Shown in pieces: positions 41,705 through 53,985 of a stretch of 64,000 bases of DNA (within the stretch, counting starts at the first letter, position 1; the number at the start of each line of letters is the position of its first letter). Both the position numbers and the translations under genes were made by a program. The stretch is from Eledone cirrhosa (taxonomy: Eukaryota), in assembly GCA_964016885.1 (NCBI GenBank), contig OZ024742.1, positions 297,910,001 through 297,974,000 on the forward strand, written 5' to 3'. The notes below the pieces were generated by a model that saw only the letters and a list, made by a program, of their open reading frames with translations, was not told the DNA's origin and made no database searches.

Positions 41705-42178
41705 GGATAACCAACTTTGCTTTTCCACACCGTCCCTCATCTCAATACATTTGTCTTCTATAACATGTAACCCATGGTAAGACCAAATCTTGTAAATATC
41801 ATGTCTCACCCACCAACAAACACATTGCCATACATCCCTCATCTCAATACTATTGTGTCCTATGTGTCTTCTCTGTCAGGTATTAACTTGTAACCCATCC
41901 TAAAATCCGATCCTGTAAATATGATGTCGAACAAATCATCCCCAACACATCGTCATACGTCCACCATCCCTCAGTCCAGTACCCCATGTTCCCTATGTCA
42001 CTTTTTAATCCATCGTAAAATTCGACCCTGCAAAAATGATGTCGCAATCACCACTACCGCCAGACAATCGCCATACTTACACAACCATCAACATCACCAA
42101 CACATATCATCCCTCCTTAAACAACGCATGTGTGTGTGTCTGTGTGTAGACATATCTGTACGAATGCCACCCCACTGG

Positions 42179-42277
<99 letters not shown>

Positions 42278-42333
42278 GATTTAACACTTCACTGCTCGCA
42301 AGTGTTTTTTAAGCTTCATATCATGTCTTCCTG

Positions 42334-42400
42334 TTTTATCTGATGAGAACGCAAATATCATCCCATGATGATATTTGTTTTTGAAATGCGCATAATAAAA
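42334..42400 (+). ncRNA. Type I minimal hammerhead ribozyme with a 16-bp stem II
   Basis: TTTTAT-CTGATGA-GAACGCAAATATCATC-ccat-GATGATATTTGTTTTT-GAAA-TGCGCA-TA-ATAAAA. Stem I has 6 bp, stem III is palindromic and the cleavage triplet is AUA. Confidence 0.75.
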
Positions 42401-42450
42401 TACATGGAACTCTTTTAACCATCTTTTGATCTTATATATATATATATATA

Positions 42451-42660
42451 TACGATATTAAACAAATGGAAACTATATTTATAAAACCATATTTATTTCG
42501 TTATATATATTTCTGGGATATCATATTAAAAATATGGTATGCCTTCCTCAGACAAAATACAATATATAAGCTGTTTTATAAATAATTTTGACATACCTTA
42601 GAATAATGCAACTTCCATTTAAAAAGTTGATTTGGTAGTTTCCATTTGTTTAATATCGTA
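42451..42660. repeat. 25-bp perfect inverted repeat enclosing a hammerhead
   Basis: TACGATATTAAACAAATGGAAACTA (42451-42475) and TAGTTTCCATTTGTTTAATATCGTA (42636-42660). Confidence 0.9.
42495..42557 (-). ncRNA. Type I minimal hammerhead ribozyme (variant)
   Basis: Reverse complement reads TTTTGT-CTGAGGA-A-GGCATACCATATT-ttt-AATATGATATCCC-A-GAAA-TATATA-TA-ACGAAA, overlapping AATAAA. Confidence 0.6.
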
Positions 42661-43162
42661 AACCTACTCCAAAAACTGTTGAGTGCTTTTATATCAGTTA
42701 TAAAATATTTACTCGTTGTAACCCAACAATTTTAAATAAATCTTTTGTATATATATATATATATATTCATTAGTTAAGCAAAACAAGACCACAAATTTCA
42801 CAAGGAAGACATTATTAAAAGATTGTCAACATATTTAGTTTGATGTAAGGAATGTAGAGAATAATAATAATAATAATAATATTAATAATAATAATGCCCG
42901 TTTACAATTGTTTCACTACTCCGTATAATATTTCTGGATCAGATGACTATGTATCATAATTGATCTGGTTCAGTTGAAAATAATTAACATATTTAAAAAA
43001 ACAGAGTGGCTCATCGGAACTCAACCACCTAGCTGCTTTCTACTGCATATTGCACATTGAGCACATGCCTTTACGCTTTGGCTTCTAACTAACTCACCAA
43101 TCTTTCCTCTCATATCTCCTCTACTATCTCAATCTCTCTCTTTAAGATTGGTTACTCTTGAA

Positions 43163-43252
<90 letters not shown>

Positions 43253-43644
43253 GTGTGTATCTATACTACGTATTTGTCAGACTTAGTGTGTCTATATATG
43301 TATCTCCTTATGAAACCACGAACACAATCACCACACGACCATAAACACCGCAACCTTTCATCTTTATCACAAACAACAACACCACACCCACACCACATAC
43401 AAAAATCAGCCGCATCTACATGCCAAACTGTCTACCGACAGCCAGCACCCCCACACCCCCACCCACTTCACCCTGCGATCGACACCACAAACTTTTCACC
43501 ACACCAACCCCCACATACACTACAGGTAAAAACATCCCATCCCTATGAACTAATCCACGAATTAAAACAAACTTTACTGACCACCATTGGAACTTCTGAC
43601 TTTATCATACAGCATGTATTCATTCTTCCATTAACATTACAAGG

Positions 43645-43734
43645 GGTCTGACGAGCCGCGGGTTACAGAGTCAGGTTAGATCGAGACAGATCGAACCTTG
43701 AGCTGGGCAGTGGCGAAACGCGCCAACCAATAAA
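43645..43734 (+). ncRNA. Hammerhead ribozyme with ~60-nt extended stem II (PLE pLTR type), cleavage site mutated
   Basis: GGT-CTGACGA-GCCGC..TCAGGTTAGATC-gagaca-GATCGAACCTTGA..GTGGC-GAAA-CGCG-CC-AACC-AATAAA. Confidence 0.65.
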
Positions 43735-43876
43735 CGTAATGAAGGAGTAACCAATCGTCCTTGTTATCTTATTTAACTATGTATATATATATATATATAT
43801 ATATGTATACATATATATGTGTGTGTGTATATATATATGTGTGTATATTTATATTTATATATATATACACTACACA

Positions 43877-43938
<62 letters not shown>

Positions 43939-44827
43939 AGAAATGCACTTAGACGAGTAGGGACACTATGTAAGCAAGATGCAGAACTGCCAGCCTGTCT
44001 TAGAGGTTTGTAGCCCCACTGAATCAGTCTGTGCAGATCTATACAACCCTTTGCTAGCAGGGAGAGCGGATGTTAAATGATGATGATAATGACAGATGCT
44101 ATTACAGAAATATCTGATGAAAACAAACAACGTTTCTTGATAATCTGATGGCTTGATAAACATATTTTACTTGACATAAAACAAACATTCACAAAATCTA
44201 TTTAAGGGAAAATGATGGGAAATGGAAAAAAAAATATCTTTACATTTCTAGTTTTGAAAATATTAACTAACCTGTAATTTCCATAGAAAAGGGTGTTGTG
44301 TCCAAAATAAATAACCAACACATGCTTAACTTCAACGAAGCAGAGGATATTAGAAAATTTTACTCTAGTTTAGAACGAAAATAGTAAACATTGAGCTGAT
44401 TTCATCAGCGTTTCCTTTATGTAGCTTTTCCTCCTGACTTTTTGTTTACCTAAAGTCAAAACACCAACTAAACAAAGCAAGGTGGGGGAGAGATATAGGA
44501 TTGGTATTAGTTAATCTGTTGAAATCCTATCCACTGAGAATGTGTAGTTAATCTTAACACACTGACATATGGGGAAAATTAATTTATTACAATACAGTTA
44601 GATGTAAATATTAACACACACACACATATATTAAACACTCATATATATAAAACCAAAAGGCAAAGGCACAAAACCTCATGCACGTACACATCCAAATCCT
44701 CACACATGCATACACACACGTGTGTATGTATATACCTGTGAAGGCATACAGAAAGCAAAAATAAACCAATATGTGTACATAATTATATATTCATTTAATA
44801 GATCTATATCTATATAGATCTATTAAA

Positions 44828-44939
44828 TGTACATATGCGGCAACACTGACTTTGATTCTTTTAATATATATATAAATATATATATATATATTTATATATA
44901 TATTAAAAGAATCAAAGTCAGTGTTGCCGCATATGTACA
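44828..44939. repeat. Perfect 112-bp palindrome centred on (TA)n
   Basis: TGTACATATGCGGCAACACTGACTTTGATTCTTTTAA..TTAAAAGAATCAAAGTCAGTGTTGCCGCATATGTACA. It abuts a hairpin with 16-bp arms at 44794-44827. Confidence 0.95.
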
Positions 44940-45184
44940 AACTTTATTTGCATATTACAATTGCTTACACTCAACATACTACAGCCATAACACTGAAATA
45001 CAGCCCAAATGAATTTGACCTCATAAAAGCATTGAGTACTTCGAACGTTGCATCACCTATAACTGTTGTTACACACTTAACTAACATGTGTGTGTGGGTG
45101 TGTGTCCAACCCATGCAAGTATGGAAAATCCAGAGATATTATATCTTTCTTGTAGACATTAATTGAAGATGAGAATGTGCCACA

Positions 45185-45221
<37 letters not shown>

Positions 45222-45290
45222 CCCTTTTTTCTATATGTCTCTCCACCACTCCCCTACACACCCTTGGAACTCTCTTCCCACACACTTTTC

Positions 45291-45322
45291 GCCTGAAGAA
45301 GGGCTTATGCCCGAAACGTTGT
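45291..45322 (+). ncRNA. Hammerhead-like core (CTGAAGAA variant) in a short (TA)n-flanked element (45220-45412)
   Basis: CTGAAGA-A-GGGC-ttat-GCCC-GAAA-CGTT with a weak stem I. Related decayed copies occur at 18748-18775 (+) and 34040-34070 (-). Confidence 0.55.
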
Positions 45323-45407
45323 TCCCCACCACCACCCCACTCTCAAGAGCGTGAAACTAATAAACCTTTGTTCGTACTGCCTCTCTGTTTTGTTCCCGTT
45401 CAATTTT

Positions 45408-45460
<53 letters not shown>

Positions 45461-45462
<2 letters not shown>

Positions 45463-45660
45463 TCATCATCATCATCATCATCATCGTTTAACGTGTATCT
45501 TCCACGCTAGCATGGGTTTAGACGGGAATTGTCGTCTCGCTCGTATGGGACTGTCTGGCAGGTTTTCTACGGCTGGATGCCCTTCCTAACACCAACCACG
45601 TTTACAGTGTGGAACTGGGAGGGTTTTACCGTGTTACCTACACGACCACATTACAGTGTG
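45461..45660 (-). mobile_element. RTE 3' UTR copy in (TA)n
   Basis: Closely similar to 30495-30705. Confidence 0.85.
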
Positions 45661-45904
45661 AAATATATATATATATATATATATATATTATTTGTCTGCC
45701 TCTCTGTTTTGTTCCCGTATAAATTTGCACTATATATATATATATATATATAAAATATATATATATATATATATACACATGTATGAGTGCATGTATATAT
45801 ATATGTGTGTGTGTGTGTGTATGCATGTGAGTATATATATATATATACATATATACATAAATCAGGATGGAGTCAGTTTGAAACTGGTTAGACTATCACT
45901 CAAC

Positions 45905-46350
45905 AGAGCACTTAATAATTGCTGTAGTGGAGTCTGTGCTGCTGTACGGGTCTGAGACTTGACACTGACCAAGAAACTCACTCAGATGGTGGATGGGTGC
46001 TACACAAGAATGCTGAGGATGGCTCTGAACATTAATCAGTATACACTGAGGATGAAAAACTCAGAGCTGTATGGGAGCCTCCCAAAAGTCAGCTCAAAAG
46101 TGACACAGAGGAGACTGAGGTTAGCTGGACATGCTCACCGACATCCAGAGTTGACATTGCACTCAGTGCTCCTGTGGGAGCCCCTACATGGACACACTGG
46201 AAGAGGAAGACCAAGGTTAACGTATGTTGAAGCGCTAAGGACAGACACTGGTCTGTTGGAGACGCAGGACATGGCAGCGATAATGAGGGACAGAGACCGC
46301 TAGAGAGAACTCATCCATGGATATCGGGAATTTTACCCGCTCTAGATAGA
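45905..46350 (+). mobile_element. 3' fragment of a second RTE-type LINE family
   Basis: Translates as [51 protein letters not shown] and ends in a TAGA repeat. Confidence 0.8.
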
Positions 46351-46354
46351 TATA

Positions 46355-46972
46355 TCATCATCATCATTATCATCACCGTTTTACGTCCGTTCTTCCACGC
46401 TAGCATGGGTTAGACCGGTTGTCCTGTTGTGGGCAGTAGCCGGTCGGCTGACCATTTCTTACTCATACGGTAACTGATCTGTCTTGATTTCTACAGCTGG
46501 ATGCCCTTCCTAACACCAACCTCATTTACAGTGAGTGCTGGGTGCTTTTTTCCGTGGCGCCTACACGTCCACTTTACAGTGTGGGCTGGGTGCTTTTTTG
46601 CCGTGGCACAACTACTTTGCAGTGGGGGGGGGGAGTATATTGTCTATATGCTTCAGCTTCGGCTTGTACCCGTGGGGGGTCGGGTCTTCTGTATTACTGC
46701 GTGACGCCAGAGGTCACTGTCGTGTGTCATCACCTTTGGGAGGTGTAATTGGGTAAGGTCGGCTTTTATCACCTCATCCCAGGTCTTCTTGGGTCTCCCC
46801 ACACCACGGCTTCCATCGACTTCTAGTGCTCTGCACCTTTTTATGCAGCTGTCATCCTTCATATGCATCACATGTCCATACCAACGCAACTTCCTCTCCT
46901 GCACACAGCATTTGATTCCTCTTATGCTCAGTCGCTCTCTCAATTCGTTTATGCTTTGCCGTTCGCGTATAT
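46355..46972 (-). mobile_element. 5'-truncated RTE copy (family related to copies A/B)
   Basis: [38 protein letters not shown], followed by the 3' UTR and a (CAT)n tail. Truncated at (TA)n. Confidence 0.9.
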
Positions 46973-48369
46973 TTCTATATATATATGTATATATACTACA
47001 AAAGAGCGACAGAAAAAGTAAACTAAGATGCCACAAACCACTCTAAAAGGATCATTATAGTGATTAAAATCTGTTAGTGAAAACATAAATAGCCACTGTC
47101 AAGCAGTAAGTACCAAGGTACATAACGTGTGCAGATGAATATGTTTATTATTAGATAAAATCATCATTTACAAAATCATAATAACGTTTCAGAAAGGTGA
47201 GTTAGTGTGAAGCAAAGATGAAATGTGAGAGTATGTTGCTGAAAATGGTAATTGATTCAATGTAAAAAAGAAAAAAAGGCACAAAAAATAGCAATGCAAA
47301 AATAACGTTGATGGATTTATAACCATTATGAATGGTAAAGGTGAAATATTGTAAGATATGAAGGTTGAAAATGCGGAATAACGTATGAATGGATTAATGA
47401 GCAATGATGTATATCCACACATATATACAGATATAGGTAGTTGTTAGTCGTGTGAGAAAACAGTCAGATAGAAATGTTTGTATGACTTAGATTTTCTATG
47501 AATCTGGTAAGGTATCTTATCTGGGTAGCAGTAAAGTAATTGAATTTTAGCACAAAAGATATGATAATCCTCTAAGGTGCAAATATTGCAGGGATGATTG
47601 TTCTCTCACATATAATTTAGCTCTAGAAAGTTTAGATGAAAAGATATTGAATTCTCCTTTGACAAACAAATCTAGTAATCCAAAGAAATTTGTTTGCTTC
47701 TGTCAGGGATCATCATCATCATCATTTTACATTTGCTTTTCTCTGCTAGCATGATTTGAATGAAATTTATGTGAGAATAGAATTTAGTTTTAAAAGGTTT
47801 TGAGGTCATATCAATGTAGTGATTAGATCTGTTTGTTGTTAATGATAATTATACTTTGCTACACTAATTATTTAGATTCTAGAAGACAGTAGTTAATGTC
47901 AGAAGTTAATATCAGTACAGTTACAAGCCTTAACATGTTGTTAGTTACTGATTTTGTTCCATTTATCAAGCTAAAGTTTAGAATGGTGGAATACATTAGT
48001 TTAATATAGTATTGATTAGGTGACACTCATGTATTTAAAGGAATCAAAAAATGTTTCAAGCTAGTAGTGACTGTGATATTACTTGGAGATGAGTAACTAG
48101 GTGAACTTTTTGTTATTGTTTTTGCTTCTAGATTAAGCATTAAATACTTTCTTCTTGATTATAGGTACATGGTTTTACCTACATATTTGAATTACAATAC
48201 ATACATATATACATGCATACATACAACTATACACACATACATATATATGCATCCTCATCATCACTTAATGTTTGCTTCCCCATGCTGGCATGGTTTGGAT
48301 GAATCGTCACAGACTTTGATATTCCTGTCCTCTCAGAAAAGCAGAGGATGCATCTTGCTTGCATACATT

Positions 48370-48680
48370 CATCATCATCAACATTTAATGTTCATTTTCC
48401 CATGCTAGCATGAGTTAGATTAGTTAGTGAGATAGACCAGGTCTGATGACCATACCTTGCTCATACAGAACTGATTTTGGCTTGATTTCTATGGCTGGAT
48501 GCCCTTCTTAATGCCATCCACATTTACAGGGTGTACAGGGTGCTTTTTATCGTGACACGACCACTTTACATTGTGGGCTGGATACCTTTCGTTGTGATAC
48601 CTACGCAACCACTTTAAAGTGTGGGCTGGGTGCTTTTTGTAGTGACACCTACATAACCAGTTTACAATGTGAACTGAATC
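48370..48680 (-). mobile_element. RTE-tail-derived repeat with internal ~45-bp tandem units
   Basis: CCCATGCTAGCATG, GGCTGGATGCCCTTC and repeated CCACTTTAC..GTGGGCTGG..GTGACACC units. A plus-strand relative lies at 18461-18702. Confidence 0.7.
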
Positions 48681-48949
48681 GTTTTAGACACACATATATA
48701 TAATTTGTTTTACTAAAACCAACAGCGATAGTTACTTGTAGTTTCTTTAGGTAAAATATTCATGTAGATAGTCAGGCTGACAATTTGGAATAGAGTTCAA
48801 AATGAAAGAAACAAGCAATTTTAATGGCAGAAATCTTATTTTGATTTCTCATTGTCATAAGCATCAAAATCTGAATTTATTTTCAGGAGTGTTAATGTTG
48901 TTCTTTCAATAAACTTCAAACAGTACTTTTTCTGGTTAATAAAGAGCAT

Positions 48950-49680
48950 AATTGACACTAACTGCATAACTAAATCCAAGAAAGATTTCAAGAAGAAAAT
49001 ATCACTCTCAAAATTCTACCATATCCATGTGTATTCAGACAAACCAAAGACCTTGACAAAGTTAATCCTAAAATACACAAAGGAGCACAGTCCAACTTTA
49101 TTACACACACCTACAAAAAATACCTTTTACCACATTTATTGGCATAGAAACTGTAATAACAGCTTCCAAACTATACATTGAAAGAGAGTAGAAGAACGAC
49201 TATCCATAAAAACCCAAATCTAAATTTCAAAGACCACAAACTCAACTTCAACACAAACCATCCACTAAACTAATCAATCAAAAAAATCCCAACCAAGTAA
49301 AGTAGGCAAGGCATTTCAAGACTTTAACATTAAAATTAACTCACACATAACTCTATGGAAAAATATAGGTAGAGTAATAGCTCAAGTCCATTTAGCACAA
49401 AAGTACTTACGCAGTTTAACATGCCACTAGACTACCCATTCGTAACAGCACTCTCATAAGTTAAGCAATTTGCACCTATTTTTGAGCAAAATAAAGGCAT
49501 TAATCAATATACCAGAAAAATCTTCCATTTTATGAGACAATTAAAATAAGAATATATTCTAACATACCCTTTGATGTCAGCATGGGAGCATGTAATTTTG
49601 CCAAAATAATTCATCTGGTTGGTCTTGTTTTATTGAACAACATGCAATCTAAATTCCCATCAATTGAGGTTTCCAAAGGG
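48950..49680 (+). pseudogene. Heavily degraded PLE RT fragment (same broad clade as the 39 kb element)
   Basis: Residual motifs FKDHKLNF (about 49226), LWKN (about 49352) and PFDVSMGACNFAKIIHLVGLVLL (about 49567-49635) parallel IKDHKPDF, LWSC and FDITMG..IVGLYLL in the 39 kb element. Confidence 0.7.
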
Positions 49681-50629
49681 AAGACAGAATCCTGATCTTT
49701 AATGGTATGATTTCTAGAGCTAAGCTACTAATAAATTCAGATCACATAACTTGAGTGAGAAAAACTGCTATTCATAAATGCAGTTTCAATGAGCTATTTC
49801 CCCCAGGCTATCACCAGACTTTGTTCTCTTTGATTTTCACCTGCCTCCAAATTTGAAATATCACAATTCACATGTAGCGAAGAACATGAATCAACTGCAA
49901 AACAGTTGATGGCTGAACAGGATAAACAGGTATATTTCAATGGCATTAAGCACCTATGTAAGGGATAGAAAACATGTACTGTAGTTAATAATGAATTTAT
50001 TTAAAAATAAAAGAAAAGAAAAGTATTATTTTCTTGTCATCCCATTACGTCTATTGCATTCAAAACATCTAGAACAATTGTGTGTATAATCTTGTCAATA
50101 CGTGTGTGTGTGTGTGTGTGTGTGTCTGTGTGTCTCTGTGTATAACCCTATTCAACATTTAAATGCATCAAATCTAAATTGGCCAAATATTTACCACACG
50201 AAATACAATTAGCAAATTAAATAAAATTAAGATTAAATCTCATATACTGGTACTGTATAGTGAGACCACATGGCTTGGTGGTTAGCGAATTGGATACACA
50301 ATTGTGAGTTTGCAAGTTCAATTCCCGGACTGAGAAATGCATTATGTCCAAGAAATTCCAGTAGAGGAAGACCAAGGATGGCCTGGACACAGGTGGTAAG
50401 AACCGATCACAACTTGCTGAAGCTGAGAAGGAAAATGACAAGGTGATGCAATGAGTGATGTGAGGCTGTCCTGGAATAACATATCTAACCCAAACAAGAA
50501 TGGAAAAGCAAATGTAAAATAATGTTGATGATGATGATGATGATGATGGCATTTGAAATATTCCATATACTTTCAGACTTCAACTTTTGATATATTTTGT
50601 AATATTTATTATTATTATTACTATTACTA

Positions 50630-51225
50630 TTACCAGTTGTGCAATGCAGTCAGTGTAAATTTCACTCTGCCGTTCTATAGTGGAGTAGCAGTGAGTAAGT
50701 GCAACAACACTTTCAGAGAGATTCTAGGCATAGTAAAGAATGAACTAGCATGTCTGTTCTGGAAGTCTTTCGAGTCTGGTATTATGGATAATTTCCAGAA
50801 ATCCCTTGCTTGCCAATGCTCCCTGGTAGCACTGCCTATTCAAGATAAATTCTACAGGCATAGTAGTACTGTCAGATGGAGCTGTCCAAGATGCAGGCAG
50901 AACAATGAAACCATTCTGCATGTACTCATCCAATGCCCATGTATTGCTGACTTGTGGAATTATGTAGAACAACTGGTATTGTATGTAGAAGGGATGTGGT
51001 TGTTGATCATTGTAAAGATCGCCCCACTGCCTTCTTGTGGCTGGGAAGAGCAGGCAGTTTTCTTCTGTCTGGTAGCTGTAACGAAAGAGGTTGTCTGGTG
51101 GACACAGCTGAAAGGACTCGGCCAGGTTCCCATCACTTCAAAAGGGAGGTGAGGGTGGAGAGGGTGCTCTTGAAGATGAGGGTGGTTTAGGATTTATGTG
51201 GTTCCTAACATCATTCCTGGGTGTT
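50630..51225 (+). mobile_element. L1/Tx1-like LINE C-terminal fragment (CCHC zinc knuckle)
   Basis: ORF 50553-51152 contains ALPIQDKFYRH..CPRCRQNNETILHVLIQCPCIADLW, a C-x2-C..ET..H..C..W motif typical of L1/Tx1 ORF2. Confidence 0.75.
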
Positions 51226-52844
51226 CTATTATTATTATTATTATTGTTGTTATTTCAATTTCAGCTTGAGCGTTTACTATAATATAATTCTCCTTACAAT
51301 TTTATTTTTAATTTGTTTGCAATCACAGTTTACATTATTAATATTTCAACACCCTAGTCAGGCTGTCAAATATTTTTATATAGAGGTTTTGGTTTATTGT
51401 TTAGATTTACTAATACTCTCATATCGATTTGCTTCTGCACTGATTTCTTCTCTTACTTGGAAATTTTAATTTCAGCAAACTTAAAATTTCCCTGGTATAT
51501 ATTTTTTTACTTTGTTATTACCTTTGTTTTTATTTTGAAAATTAACTTTCACAATCTACATTTTTTCTAATTTCCACATTCTTCTATCATTATAGTTTTT
51601 AATTTATTTCAGTTTATATTCAGTATCATGTTCATCATATACTATATTTATATTTTATTATATTTTTATATTAATATTTTGTTCATCATATATTTATATC
51701 ATGTTTATTATATTATATTTTTATACTTATATGTTGTTTTCTCATCATGCTTGAAAAGATTCTGAGATACACTGCTATTATATAATCTCATTGCTTTTAT
51801 TTTTTGTTTTGTTTTTTTGTTACTGAACACTGAATCAAATAAGGAAAGGATGGCAGAGAAATAACACTGTAAGGAAATTTAACTTCTGCCATACAAATAA
51901 CAGCTCCCAATGGCAAGCAAGGTGAAAGAGAGCAAGATTTCAATCAACAATGACAAATCAATAGCTGATAGATAGCTACAGCAAAGTTTCAGAATATAAG
52001 TAAAGAACAAACAACATTCCTAACAACAGGACCAAACAAAGCCAATAATAGGCTTAGGCTACATGTCAAAGGTAGATACCTATATTTGTTAGCAGGCCCT
52101 CGCTAAATATGAAATATTGTGGCTCCATTTTATGTTTAACAGGTTAACTCTGATTAAGAAAACCTATGATTAACGTTGTTCCATTAATAATCTTCCTGTT
52201 TATCTTTCTAGATATAGTGCATCACAGACTATATAATCTAATGTGCAGCTCCTATTATGGAATGATGTGAAAGAAATTGGCTGAGCCCTAGAAAGTTAAG
52301 TGAGTGCAAGTATTTTAAGTTGCAGAAGTTATCAACCTGTACACAGCTGGCAATAGGCCAAATGAAAAATGTAGGCTCAAATGTAAAATGCAAATGTAGA
52401 CTCAAAATTGGTAAAATTCCCAAACCAGATGTAAAATATAAGCCCTTCCCAAATCTGGTCAAAGAACCTGGCCAGGTGTGAATTGTAGGCCTCATTTAAA
52501 CTTCTCATTAAGAATTTTAGTAATCAGTGATATAAGGGAGGTCAGTAGTGTATGTCTGTATGAGAGAAAGAAAGGAGAGAGAAAGATAAACAAAAAGAGA
52601 GAAACAAATTAATGCATGAGAAATATGTATTTACAAATCCCTATTTAATCAACAACATGTTATAGTTTGTTGTTTCTTCATAGACCCAGCAGTCAGAGGA
52701 TATTGAGGGGGATACATTAAAAAAGCCAGTCAACTTTGCAGAGCTTCTTTTGTGGATGGCCATTTCTTTCTTGATTACATGATTATACATGAGTTAGAAG
52801 ACATTCAAAATACTTGCCATTTCAGGATATGTTGCAAAACCTAA

Positions 52845-53317
52845 CCCTTTTGTTACCATATTTCTATGAAAAAAATGCTGTCTATGACATTCAAATAATT
52901 TTGAAAATAATCAAGAATTTGGTGTGATTTAGATATATCACTAAATTTCTCATTGTTAAGCTGTCGTTTAGAGGTTTCCCAGTGCTCCTCATGATATTGT
53001 TATCTTTTTGCTCTGGCAGCAGTTCGTTTCCATCCCTTTCACCTGCCTTTTGTTGTTCGTGGTCCTAGGTGTGTGTATTACCTGCTTGTGTGTGTGTTCT
53101 TTCTTTTTTTTCCTTTTCCTTTTCTTTCTTTTTCGCTTTTTATTTGAAATAATATGTTGATTATGCCTTAATAAAATTATATATATTCATACATAAAAAA
53201 AATTTAACAGGTTCTTACACAAAATTATGAATGAAGGTTTTTAGATAAACACTTTAAAGCAAGCAGTTTTGTGTTGAAGAACCAGAGGTATTTTTAGCCC
53301 GTTTGGCACCAGAAGAG
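52845..53317. mobile_element. piggyBac-like MITE, degenerate, with an internal insertion
   Basis: TAA-CCCTTTTGTTACC at the left end and GGCACCAGAAGAG-TTAA at the right. Internal TTTTGAAAATAATCAAGAATTT and TTTTAGATAAA are shared with the 55.2-55.6 kb copies. Confidence 0.5.
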
Positions 53318-53985
53318 TTAAGAGATTCTATGCTATCTTGAATACCTTGTATTTTATTTAATCAATATTACATGTGATAAAGAAGAAAGTAATAATACCA
53401 TCCACTTTAGGATATGATGCAAATCTTAAGAGATTCCATACAACACTGAAAACTCCCTCTTTTATCTAATCTATGAATATATATGAGAAAAAAAAGAGAT
53501 TAAATATACCTATGACTTTAGGATGTGATGTAAACCTTAATCTATTATCATACACAAGACAGAAGATATTAAAAATAGAAGCCACTTTAGGATTCTATAC
53601 CTAAAGTGTGATAAACTCTGTGATTCCAACAGAACATCCACATAATCCAACTGACTGATTTATTAATGTTGACAAATGCTTTAGAGCTTATTTACTGTCT
53701 ACAGGCAGCAACATCTGCTGACATACCACCATTATACATTCACATTAAATTACATAAACCAATGACGATGCCTTTGTGTAGTTGCTACTGCTAAAAAGAG
53801 CAAACAAATCTCTCTCAAATAAACTGTACCATCAGGATCACCATGGTCAGGTCAGAACAGTGAAAGGAGGAAAGCTAACCAGTTTCCATAAGCTTATGAT
53901 TTTGTGGAGGGGAAATGGGGGTATCATACTTCAAGGATTTTTTAAATTTTCTTTTTGTTTTAAATAAATACAGCTTGAGGGGCCG

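Larger units (their letters stand above)
38997..43778 (+). mobile_element. Penelope-like retroelement (RT plus C-terminal GIY-YIG, Hydra-clade-like) with nested insertions in its 3' region
   Basis: Starts directly after (TA)n. The ORF at 39112-41704 is followed by C/A-rich 3' sequence. A C/A-rich segment at 43251-43778 ends in a hammerhead, AATAAA and (TA)n and is linked to the leader through the 19175-19690 copy. The 3' boundary beyond 42180 is inferred. Confidence 0.7.
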
